From: an uncultured Bacteroidales bacterium
GTDB lineage: Bacteria; Bacteroidota; Bacteroidia; Bacteroidales; VadinHA17
Assembly: GCA_963772705.1 (NCBI GenBank)
Contig: CAVYYH010000005.1
Span: 218,939 to 282,938 of the forward strand
Length of the DNA: 64,000 nucleotides
Reading direction: 5' to 3'
Every line of letters starts with the position of its first letter. Within the stretch, counting starts at the first letter, position 1. The notes below the pieces were generated by a model, which was given only the letters and a program-made list of their open reading frames with translations, ran no database searches and was not told the DNA's origin. This document shows, one piece after another, positions 36,927-45,639 of this stretch. Made by a program: the position numbers and the translations under genes.

Positions 36927-39470
36927 ATGAAAGAGATCGATCCCGAAGATAAAGATACCGGAGGTAATGCAGAGGAGCCGGGCCAGAAGAAGAACGGCGC
37001 CATACCGGAGGCCCTCCACACTGTTACGGCATTGTCAGGAATGTACCAGGACTGGTTTCTTGACTATGCCTCGTATGTGATACTTGAGCGCGCCGTGCCT
37101 CATATTGCTGACGGGCTTAAGCCTGTACAGCGCCGTATACTCTATTCGATGAAGCGGATGGATGACGGCCGCTTCAACAAGGTGGCCAACATTATTGGTC
37201 ATACAATGCAGTTTCACCCTCATGGCGATGCTTCCATCGGCGAGGCCCTTGTGCAGCTTGGACAGAAAGATCTGCTGGTGGATGCTCAGGGTAACTGGGG
37301 AAATATTTACACCGGCGACGGAGCCGCCGCACCGCGATATATCGAGGCACGTCTGTCAAAATTTGCTCTCGAGGTTGCATTCAACAGCAAGACCACAGAA
37401 TGGATGAGCTCCTATGACGGCCGGAACAAGGAGCCCGTGACGCTGCCCGTCAAGTTCCCTTTGCTCCTGGCCATGGGGGTGGAGGGGATCGCTGTCGGTC
37501 TTGCATCAAAGATATTGCCCCATAACTTCAATGAACTCATTGACGCTTCCATAAGCTACCTCCAGGGAAAACCTTTTGTTCTCTATCCTGACTTTCCGAC
37601 TGCAGGCATGGTTGACGTAGCCAGGTATAATGACGGAATCAGGGGCGGCGCCGTAAAGGTGAGAGCAAGAATAGAAAAGGTTGACAAGAAGGGGCTGGTG
37701 ATAACTGAACTCCCTTTCGGCAAAACAACCTCATCACTGATTGAGTCAATTGTCAAGGCCAACGACAGGGGAAAGATAAAGATCAAAAAGATCGATGACA
37801 ACACCGCCGGAGGTGTGGAGATTGTCATCCAGCTGCAGTCGGGTATTTCTCCCGATAAAACCATTGACGCCCTGTACGCATTTACTGACTGCGAACTGTC
37901 AATATCGCCCAACGCTTGTGTAATCACTGATGAAAACAGGCCTGCCTTTATCGGTGTAAGCGATATATTGCGCTATTCCGCAGACCAGACAAAAAAGCTC
38001 CTCAGACGGGAGCTTGAGATACGCAAGGCTGAGCTTGAGGAAGAATGGCATTTTTCTTCCCTGGAAAAGATCTTTATCGAGAAACGTATTTATCGCGACA
38101 TTGAAGAGTGCGAGACATGGGAAGCCGTTCTTGCAGCCATCGACAAGGGGCTTAAGCCATATAAGAAACTTTTCCGACGGGAAATCACCCGCGATGACAT
38201 CATCAGACTCACGGAGATAAAAATCAAGCGTATCTCGAAGTATGACTCCTCGCGTGCTGACGAACATATCAGGGGAATAGAAGGAGAACTTGCGGAGGTT
38301 ATTAATCACCTCGGGAATATTGTCCCGTATGCAATTAACTACTACCGTCAGATCAAGAAGAAATACGGAAAGAATGTTGAGCGCCGTACCGAAATACGAA
38401 ACTTTGAGACTATTGAGGCCACAAAGGTGGTGGCAGACAATGCAAAGCTTTACGTAAACCGCCAGGAGGGTTTTGTTGGCACGGGCCTTAAGAAGGACGA
38501 ATTCGTATGCGACTGCTCTGACATAGATGATATTATAGTAATCAGGAAGGACGGCACGTACCTAATTACCAAAGTAGCTGATAAACAGTTTGTTGGCAAA
38601 GATGTGATTCATGTTCAGGTGTTTCTCAGGAATGATAACAGGACGATTTATAATGTCGTCTATCAGGACGGACGCGACGGGCCGCTTTATATCAAGAGGT
38701 GTGCACTGACAGGGCTTACCCGTGATAAGGAATACACTCTTGGCCGCAACCCGGAGAGCACCCGCATCCACTACCTCAGCGTCAATCCCAACGGGGAGGC
38801 AGAGGTGATAAAGATATTCCACAAGCCGCGTGCACGGCTCAAGAAGCTGACGTTTGAATTCGATTTCGGAGAACTGGCTATCAAGGGGCGCTCGTCCATG
38901 GGTAATATTCTGACCAGGAATGCTGTGCAGAAGATAACCCTTAAAGAAAAGGGACTCTCGACTCTGGGAGGGAGGAAACTGTGGTTTGACGATTCGGTGA
39001 TGAGGCTCAACGCAGACGGCCGCGGTAAGTTTCTGGGCGAGTTTGCTTCAGAGGAAAGGCTTCTTGTTGTCACAAAAGGAGGGAGCTTCCGTACATCAGG
39101 CACTGACCTCTCACTCCACTTTGAGGATGATATCCTGATGATTGAAAAGTACCGGGAGTCGAAGATCTTCTCCGTCGTATACTGGGATGCTGAGCAGGGC
39201 TTCTATTATGTCAAGAGGTTCATGTTCGAGGAGACGGAGAGGCTTCAGTGCTTCATTGCCGAAAGCGACGGATCAAAACTTGTAAGCATAACGGAGGTTG
39301 AATACCCCCGTTTTGAGATAAGCTTCGGAGGGAGTCATCAGGGAAGAAGAAATGAGATCATAGAGGTTGCCGGCTTCATAGGGGTGAAGAGTTTCCGTGC
39401 AAAGGGAAAAAGACTGTCCAGCTTCAGCGTCGCAGACATCCGTGAGCTTGGAGCCGGTGGTCAGGAGTGA
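36927..39470 (+). CDS. parC: DNA topoisomerase IV subunit A
   Basis: 'LKPVQRRILY', catalytic-Tyr region 'AAPRYIEARL'. The C-terminal tail is possibly truncated by a frame break (see findings). Confidence 0.85.
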   Translation: MKEIDPEDKDTGGNAEEPGQKKNGAIPEALHTVTALSGMYQDWFLDYASYVILERAVPHIADGLKPVQRRILYSMKRMDDGRFNKVANIIGHTMQFHPHGDASIGEALVQLGQKDLLVDAQGNWGNIYTGDGAAAPRYIEARLSKFALEVAFNSKTTEWMSSYDGRNKEPVTLPVKFPLLLAMGVEGIAVGLASKILPHNFNELIDASISYLQGKPFVLYPDFPTAGMVDVARYNDGIRGGAVKVRARIEKVDKKGLVITELPFGKTTSSLIESIVKANDRGKIKIKKIDDNTAGGVEIVIQLQSGISPDKTIDALYAFTDCELSISPNACVITDENRPAFIGVSDILRYSADQTKKLLRRELEIRKAELEEEWHFSSLEKIFIEKRIYRDIEECETWEAVLAAIDKGLKPYKKLFRREITRDDIIRLTEIKIKRISKYDSSRADEHIRGIEGELAEVINHLGNIVPYAINYYRQIKKKYGKNVERRTEIRNFETIEATKVVADNAKLYVNRQEGFVGTGLKKDEFVCDCSDIDDIIVIRKDGTYLITKVADKQFVGKDVIHVQVFLRNDNRTIYNVVYQDGRDGPLYIKRCALTGLTRDKEYTLGRNPESTRIHYLSVNPNGEAEVIKIFHKPRARLKKLTFEFDFGELAIKGRSSMGNILTRNAVQKITLKEKGLSTLGGRKLWFDDSVMRLNADGRGKFLGEFASEERLLVVTKGGSFRTSGTDLSLHFEDDILMIEKYRESKIFSVVYWDAEQGFYYVKRFMFEETERLQCFIAESDGSKLVSITEVEYPRFEISFGGSHQGRRNEIIEVAGFIGVKSFRAKGKRLSSFSVADIRELGAGGQE

Positions 39471-39578
39471 GGCTGCTCCTGCGCCGGCAGCTGCAGAGGA
39501 GGAAGAGACCCTCCCTCCGTCGCAGGTGCTGCCTCACGGGGACGACCCGGCACAGATGAAATTAGATCTTTAGATCTG

Positions 39579-40106
39579 GTGAATATCTACCTGATAGGAT
39601 TTATGGGCAGTGGTAAAAGCACCACCGGCAGGAAAATTGCTGCATCACTGCGCTGGAACTTCGCTGATACTGACAAGCTGGTTGAGGCAGAGTACGGCAT
39701 GTCAGTGCCGGATATCTTCACCCACAAGGGAGAGAAATTCTTCAGGGACGCAGAAGCCGCTGCCCTTCGCAGCGTATCCTCCAGAGCAAGGATGGTGGTG
39801 GCTTGCGGCGGGGGTACCCCTTGTTCGGAAGAGAACATCAGTATAATGAAAGAGACCGGAGTGGTGGTTTACATCAGACTCCCTGTCGCAGCCCTTGTGA
39901 ACAGGCTCGAAAGGTCCAGAACCAGCCGGCCCCTGCTTAAGAATCAGAGAGGCGCAGACCTGGCAGCAACCGTGACAGAACTTCTGAACCAGAGGTCGCA
40001 GTGGTATGAGAGGGCTGATATTGTCGCCGACGGACTGGCCATGACAATTGATGATCTTACGGGACAGCTGGCTGCTTATATAAGGTCTTCGGGAGCTTAT
40101 TTGTAG
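39579..40106 (+). CDS. aroK: shikimate kinase
   Basis: P-loop 'GFMGSGKST', 'VVACGGG'; GTG start. Confidence 0.88.
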   Translation: MNIYLIGFMGSGKSTTGRKIAASLRWNFADTDKLVEAEYGMSVPDIFTHKGEKFFRDAEAAALRSVSSRARMVVACGGGTPCSEENISIMKETGVVVYIRLPVAALVNRLERSRTSRPLLKNQRGADLAATVTELLNQRSQWYERADIVADGLAMTIDDLTGQLAAYIRSSGAYL

Positions 40107-40178
40107 TTATGGCTATTTTTCTTTATCTTGGATGATTGAGTCTGCAATTGCTACGGAGAGTATGAAATACAGTCGGAA

Positions 40179-42500
40179 ATGAAAACCGGGTATCAATGGG
40201 TATTTTGGCTGGCGCTGGCAGTTTCAGTGATCACATCAGCTACCCTTGTACTTGTCCTGGCAGACCTTTCCCTCTTTAAGGAATTCCCGGTTCTTTACCT
40301 GTCCTCACTGGCAGCAATTACCGGAGGTATCATCATCATGATACGCAAGGATCTTATCCCGTTTCTTTCATGGAGACTCAGGCTTCAGGGGAAGATGCTG
40401 GTAACTCCGCTGACATTGCTCCTCTTCTCCGGCCCGGCCGCTCTGGCTTATATCTATTTTGATCTTACCGGGAAAGAGCTTTTCGAACTGGTTATGGTGC
40501 TCCTTGCCTCACTCTCTGCCGTATTCTTCTTCGTGACACTTTTCATATTTGCCATGCCGGGCTATTCTGTAATCAGTGAGTTCTATCCGGGGAAGAAGCC
40601 AGGTCTGCTGATCAGGAGTGAATTAGCCGTCATGACAGCAGTGGCAGCTGCATTAATGTCAATAATTGCCATTGTCATAAATGAGCTTTCAGGAGGTGAG
40701 TCCGCCGGATTTCTGGTGGCGTTGCCGCTCCTTGCATTGATCCATGTAATTCTCAATATTATCCTGGCTGCAAAGTTCAGGAATAAGGTCAGGGAGGGAA
40801 TTAACACTCCGGCTGACAGGATTGCCGCCACTGCGTCTGACCGATCGGGAAGAATGCCATCAGGCGGGTTGCAGAGTCTTATTCTCTTTCACCGTGACTA
40901 CCTTGATTTAATTTCCGGGCGGCTTGACTTTCTCTCCACCGGCGGAGATGATTCGTACGCGTCTGTGATAGTCCGTTCGGCTGAGAGCACTTTTGATCCC
41001 GCACTCGTTCCTGCACTTACTGTAATTGTTAACGGCATGAGGTTCAGTGAGTCGGTAAGGCGTAAGGCTGCCACGGCATTAAGTGATATTGAGACCTTCT
41101 ATTCTGATCCTGTCAGAAACAGGGGTATGCTCAGGCGACCCGGTATCTCTGAGAGTGCTGCTTCAGCGAGGGCAATACTTGTAAACAAAAGGGTACCGCA
41201 GCTGTCTGAGGTACTGAAGTTGCTGAATGATGAAAACCCCGGGATCAGGAAGGCGGGGCTCGCTGCCGCAGGCCGGTTTGGTCTGATCCAGTTGCGCGAG
41301 GAGATCCTTCAGGCACTCGCTGTACCGGAGATTTCCAGGGAAGCCTATTATCTCCTGGTTCATTTTGGCCCTGACATCTATGGTGATATAATTGGCTCTG
41401 CAGTCAAGCCCCAGGGGAATGAGCAGGTAAGCATGATGATCATCAGGCTGCTGAGCCTGATGCAGCCCGGAAAAGCTCTTCCTCACTTGACTCAGCTGAT
41501 GCTGAATGCACCTGTAAGGGTGAAGACGGAGGCTGCCGAATACCTCGCCGCACCCGGATTTGATCAGGATGAAATGCATCTCAGGAAGTCAGCCGATCTG
41601 GTTTCGAGGACTGTATATAATCTTGCCAGGCTGATTGCTTTCCGGATTGTAGCCGAAGAGAAGCAATACCTGATGCTTGCAAAGGCACTGCAGTGGGAGA
41701 GGAAAACCTATGAGAGGCTGCTGTATGCCCTCATCTCACTTCTTTATGGATCGACATGTGCAGAGATGATAGCAGCAAATGCTGATGCCGGAACAGCATC
41801 AGGCTCTGAGATCGCTGCTGAGTTGATTGATACTGCCATCGCAGGTACTCTGCGTAAGCAACTCACTGCTCTTTTGGGTCATCATACAGATGCTGTAAGG
41901 CTGAGGGAGCTTTCATATTGCTTCCCGCTGAGGGAGGTGACTCGTAAAACGCTTACCCACAGCATACTGGCAGCTGACCAGAATATTACGGGCGTATGGA
42001 GCAAAGCATGCGCTCTTCATAAGATAGCTGAAGAGGGTCATGGTACTGAAAGGGAGGTGGTCGTATCCTACCTTTTCAGCGGAAGCCAGCTGCTTCAGGA
42101 AGAGGCAGCAAGGGTGATACGCTCATTAAACCATTCGTGGTTCAGCGAGGTGGAGGAGAGGCTTCCCGAACCTGTCAGGCAAAAGGCAGCGGCACTGATC
42201 AACGGACAGCTCCCTGATATGGCTACCATTTTTGAGAAAGTACGCTTCCTGAGCCTCTGTTTCAAAAGTATTCCTGAGGAAAGGATCATAGACCTGGCCG
42301 CAGGGATGAGCTATACCGAATCATATTATGGCGCCCCTTCAAAGGGATTGCTTAACTGGATTATTCCGTCAGACACTGGAAAAACCGGGCTTTACTCCCT
42401 CCATGTGGACGGTATCACAGAATTTGTCTTCCACTATTCCGAATACACTGATATCTTTGTTGATTATATGGAAGGTCAGGGCAAGGATATTGCCCCATAA
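40179..42500 (+). CDS. uncharacterised membrane protein: ~6 TM helices plus a HEAT/PBS-lyase-like repeat region
   Basis: Six hydrophobic helices in roughly residues 7-198. Repeats such as 'LLNDENPGIRKAGLAAAGRFG' and 'LMLNAPVRVKTEAAEYLA'. Stop lies 11 nt before the next ATG. Confidence 0.6.
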   Translation: MKTGYQWVFWLALAVSVITSATLVLVLADLSLFKEFPVLYLSSLAAITGGIIIMIRKDLIPFLSWRLRLQGKMLVTPLTLLLFSGPAALAYIYFDLTGKELFELVMVLLASLSAVFFFVTLFIFAMPGYSVISEFYPGKKPGLLIRSELAVMTAVAAALMSIIAIVINELSGGESAGFLVALPLLALIHVILNIILAAKFRNKVREGINTPADRIAATASDRSGRMPSGGLQSLILFHRDYLDLISGRLDFLSTGGDDSYASVIVRSAESTFDPALVPALTVIVNGMRFSESVRRKAATALSDIETFYSDPVRNRGMLRRPGISESAASARAILVNKRVPQLSEVLKLLNDENPGIRKAGLAAAGRFGLIQLREEILQALAVPEISREAYYLLVHFGPDIYGDIIGSAVKPQGNEQVSMMIIRLLSLMQPGKALPHLTQLMLNAPVRVKTEAAEYLAAPGFDQDEMHLRKSADLVSRTVYNLARLIAFRIVAEEKQYLMLAKALQWERKTYERLLYALISLLYGSTCAEMIAANADAGTASGSEIAAELIDTAIAGTLRKQLTALLGHHTDAVRLRELSYCFPLREVTRKTLTHSILAADQNITGVWSKACALHKIAEEGHGTEREVVVSYLFSGSQLLQEEAARVIRSLNHSWFSEVEERLPEPVRQKAAALINGQLPDMATIFEKVRFLSLCFKSIPEERIIDLAAGMSYTESYYGAPSKGLLNWIIPSDTGKTGLYSLHVDGITEFVFHYSEYTDIFVDYMEGQGKDIAP

Positions 42501-42511
42501 ACTGTTGCATC

Positions 42512-45500
42512 ATGACTGATTTGAAAGAAGAAACCAGACCGAACCCCTTCCCTGGGCTGAGGGCCTTCAGGCCGGAAGAGGGACATCTATTCTTTGGCCG
42601 GATAGAGAGTACCATGAAAGTGGTTACCAGGCTCAAGGAAAACAGGTTTGTCTCCGTAATAGGAGCATCAGGAAGCGGCAAGTCGTCACTTGTGCTCTCA
42701 GGAGTCATACCCGCCCTTCTGAAAGAAAATGCCGAAGGGAAGAAGTCATGGTCATACCTGGTCTTCAGACCTGCGCTGAACCCGATCGATAACCTGGCCT
42801 CAGAGCTTGCTGCACTGTCTGCAAAAGCCGGATTCAACCAGCTTCCGGTGTCAACAGTTGCTGCTTCACTGCACAACAGGAGCGAAGGGATAACAGGCAT
42901 AGTCAACAAGATAAGAAAAAACCTGAGGCAGCAGATAGTCATTGTCATTGACCAGTTTGAGGAGATATTCAGATACAGCCCGGCATCAACGAGGGGAACC
43001 CTGGGAGACGACGCCACAGACTTCATTGATATGATTGTCAGTGCCGTGACACAGCCCGAACAGGGTCTGCATATACTGCTGACAATAAGATCTGAATATG
43101 TCTCCGAGTGTTCGCGCTTCCACAGTCTTACAAGCCTGATGAACGGCAGCAGCTATCTCCTGCCGCAACTGAACCGTGACACCATTGCTACAGTTATCGA
43201 GGGCCCGGTAAAAGTGTCGGGGGCAGCTATCGACCGTTCCCTTGTCAGGATGATCGTTTCCGACATAACTGACGGTCCTGGTCAGCTGCCTGTTTTGCAG
43301 CATCTTCTGATGAGGCTGTGGAACCACTGGAACAAAACCGGTGACATGAGCCGCCCTCTCAGCCTCACTGACTATGAGGCGGTGGGAAGACTCAAGGGGG
43401 CAATAGCGCAGCATGCGGGACAGGCATTGGAGATGCTTGACGACAGGCATAAATATGTTTGTGCACGCATCTTCCGTACTATCACTCTGAGGACAGATGA
43501 CGGCCGTGAGATCAGAAAACCGGAGCGTATATCGGCTATTGCAGCACAGACCGGTTGTACTCTGGATGAGATCATCCGTGTGGTTGATGTGTTCAGGGCT
43601 CAGGACTATTCCTTCCTTACTCCTCCTGCATATGTACCGCTGGACGAAAACAGCATTATTGACCTCACACACGAGAGCATAATTAAACTGTGGGGTAATC
43701 TGAGGAAGTGGATTGATGATGAGGAGGCTTCGCGAAGGACTTACCTGCAGCTTGCGTCAGCAGCAGCGCTGTACCAGGAGGGTAAGGGAAAGCTCTGGAG
43801 TGCCCCTGACCTGCTCATGGCTGTCCGCTGGAGGGAGGAAAATAAGCCTACCCTGGCCTGGGCTGAGAGACATGACCCGGCCTTTGAAAGAACTATGCTC
43901 TTCCTGAAGAACTCGGAGGAAGAAAATCAGATACAGGAAGAATACAGTAAAAAAGAAGGGAAAACAAGGATCAGACGTTCACGGCTGTTCAGCAGCCTCC
44001 TTGGCTTGCTGGTGCTGCTCAGTCTGCTGGCCCTGGGAGCACTGTACACCATGAGGTTAAAAGCTGAGAGGCAGAAGTCGGTGGCATTACAGCTGAAGGA
44101 TGAGGCTGTTGCAAACATAACTCTGCTGAATGACAGCCTGACTGTTCTTGCTGACACCCTGGAAGCAACAACGGAGGAGGCTGACGCAGCGAGGATAACT
44201 GCATTGGCAGCCGATACAAGGGCAAAAGAGGCAGAGGTGCGGGCCTCAAAGGCTGACAGGATTATGACCGAGGCCGTAAACGAGAAGGCAGCTGCGGTGA
44301 GCAAGGCAACCGAGGAGAACAGAAGTAAAATGCTGACAGTTGGCAAGTCGCTGGCGGTTAGATCTCTCGCTCACTCTGACGACCAGGATATGCAGATACT
44401 GCTGGCATGGCAGGGATATCTCTTCAATGAGAGATACTCCGGCGTTCCGAATGATGCTGACATCTATTCGGCGTTGTATGATATCAGCAAACGCTATGGC
44501 AATGTCTATTACTCGCAGTACAGAATTGAAGGTAATCCTGTCACTGCAATGGCACAGGATCCAGCGGCCGGCTTTTTATATACGGCTGACACCGGCGGAA
44601 GGGTGATGCGCTGGCAGTCTGACAGGCCGGAAAAGGGATACAATGTCATATGGTCCGGAGACAAGGTGATTGAAGCAATGACTGTCAGCCCTGATGCTGC
44701 ATGGCTGGCCTGTGGCACAGCGACATCAGAGATCATAATGATACCCCTGACTGGTGACATGCTCAGTTATCAGATAGAAGCCGGCGGCGGGAAAGTGACT
44801 GCCCTGGTCTTTTCCGGTACTGGTGACCGCATTTATTCATCAACCGCCGGAGGTGCTGTTGCAGTCTGGGATCTTAAAACACACACCTCCTCGGCGATGG
44901 ATAACAACAGCCAGGTAGTTACCTCACTCGATATTTCCCAGAATAACAGAATACTTGCCGGACTGACGGAAGACGGCCGACTTTTGCTGTGGCATACCGA
45001 TGCCCCCGGCAAGCCCTTCGTCCTGGATGCCGGAGGGAGGATAATAACCTCGGTCAGATTCATTCCCGGCGATGAACGTTTTGTGACGGGTGACAGGTCG
45101 GGTATAATAGATATCTGGAACGCGGATGCGCAATCCGCCGGCAGTATGGAAGGCCATTCATCAGGCATCTCAGCGATAGCCTTTGGAAGGATAGAGAATC
45201 AGATGGTCACCGCTGATGAGACCGGAGAGTTGAGACTCTGGTCCATGGCCAACCTCAGTCAGCCACCCGCTGTCATAAATGATTGCAGGGAACGAGTAAT
45301 GAACATTGCATTTACAAACGGAGAAAGATCATTTGTTACCGTAACAGACGCCTCTGTGACCCAGAGACCTGCCCGGGTCAGCAGCATGACCGGCAATCTG
45401 TGCTCAAAGGTAACGCGTAATCTGACTCCGGCAGAATGGTCTGCGTTTGTCGGCAGCGATGTCGGGTATGAACCGACATGCCCCGACAAAACATATAAGA

Positions 45501-45535
45501 TCAGGGTAAAAGAGCTCAGGAGGGGAGGTCAGTAG
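42512..45535 (+). CDS. STAND-type P-loop NTPase with internal TM helix, coiled coil and C-terminal WD40 beta-propeller
   Basis: 'NPFPGLRAFRPEEGHLFFGR', Walker A 'GASGSGKSS' (42662-42688), Walker B-like 'IVIVIDQFEE'. TM 'LFSSLLGLLVLLSLLALGALYTM' (43985-44053) and an Ala/Glu-rich coiled coil. WD signatures 'RVMRWQ','VAVWDL','LLLWH','IIDIWN','LRLWS'. Tail 'LTPAEWSAFVGSDVGYEPTCP'. Confidence 0.8.
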   Translation: MTDLKEETRPNPFPGLRAFRPEEGHLFFGRIESTMKVVTRLKENRFVSVIGASGSGKSSLVLSGVIPALLKENAEGKKSWSYLVFRPALNPIDNLASELAALSAKAGFNQLPVSTVAASLHNRSEGITGIVNKIRKNLRQQIVIVIDQFEEIFRYSPASTRGTLGDDATDFIDMIVSAVTQPEQGLHILLTIRSEYVSECSRFHSLTSLMNGSSYLLPQLNRDTIATVIEGPVKVSGAAIDRSLVRMIVSDITDGPGQLPVLQHLLMRLWNHWNKTGDMSRPLSLTDYEAVGRLKGAIAQHAGQALEMLDDRHKYVCARIFRTITLRTDDGREIRKPERISAIAAQTGCTLDEIIRVVDVFRAQDYSFLTPPAYVPLDENSIIDLTHESIIKLWGNLRKWIDDEEASRRTYLQLASAAALYQEGKGKLWSAPDLLMAVRWREENKPTLAWAERHDPAFERTMLFLKNSEEENQIQEEYSKKEGKTRIRRSRLFSSLLGLLVLLSLLALGALYTMRLKAERQKSVALQLKDEAVANITLLNDSLTVLADTLEATTEEADAARITALAADTRAKEAEVRASKADRIMTEAVNEKAAAVSKATEENRSKMLTVGKSLAVRSLAHSDDQDMQILLAWQGYLFNERYSGVPNDADIYSALYDISKRYGNVYYSQYRIEGNPVTAMAQDPAAGFLYTADTGGRVMRWQSDRPEKGYNVIWSGDKVIEAMTVSPDAAWLACGTATSEIIMIPLTGDMLSYQIEAGGGKVTALVFSGTGDRIYSSTAGGAVAVWDLKTHTSSAMDNNSQVVTSLDISQNNRILAGLTEDGRLLLWHTDAPGKPFVLDAGGRIITSVRFIPGDERFVTGDRSGIIDIWNADAQSAGSMEGHSSGISAIAFGRIENQMVTADETGELRLWSMANLSQPPAVINDCRERVMNIAFTNGERSFVTVTDASVTQRPARVSSMTGNLCSKVTRNLTPAEWSAFVGSDVGYEPTCPDKTYKIRVKELRRGGQ

Positions 45536-45598
45536 GAAAACTTTTCCCTGCCTTTTATGTTCTTCTTCAGGAAGGCGGATCCTTCCGGAGGAATTGTC

Positions 45599-45606
45599 TA
45601 TTTTTG
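45599..45606 (+). promoter_or_regulatory. candidate -7 box TATTTTTG upstream of gpmI
   Basis: Matches TAnnTTTG, 34 nt before the ATG. No clean -33 element. Confidence 0.3.
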
Positions 45607-45639
45607 CATCCTGTTTTGAAATTTAAATTCTGCAACTGA

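Noticed and set aside
36305-37021. Long antisense ORFs: 36305-37021 (238 aa), 42986-43672 (228 aa), 42415-43026 (203 aa), 31751-32326 (191 aa), 32681-33229 (182 aa), 8083-8634 (183 aa)
   Set aside because: Each lies opposite a confidently identified conserved gene (parE/parC, the STAND NTPase, hpt/adk, obg, the FtsX permease). The products are low-complexity with no motifs. These are shadow ORFs.
35060-39470. Calling the type IIA topoisomerase pair gyrB/gyrA
   Set aside because: The two subunit genes are adjacent, the B subunit is the short form (~615 aa), and the N-terminus '[27 protein letters not shown]' matches what I recall for Bacteroidota ParE. Topo IV is more likely, but only a phylogeny would settle it.
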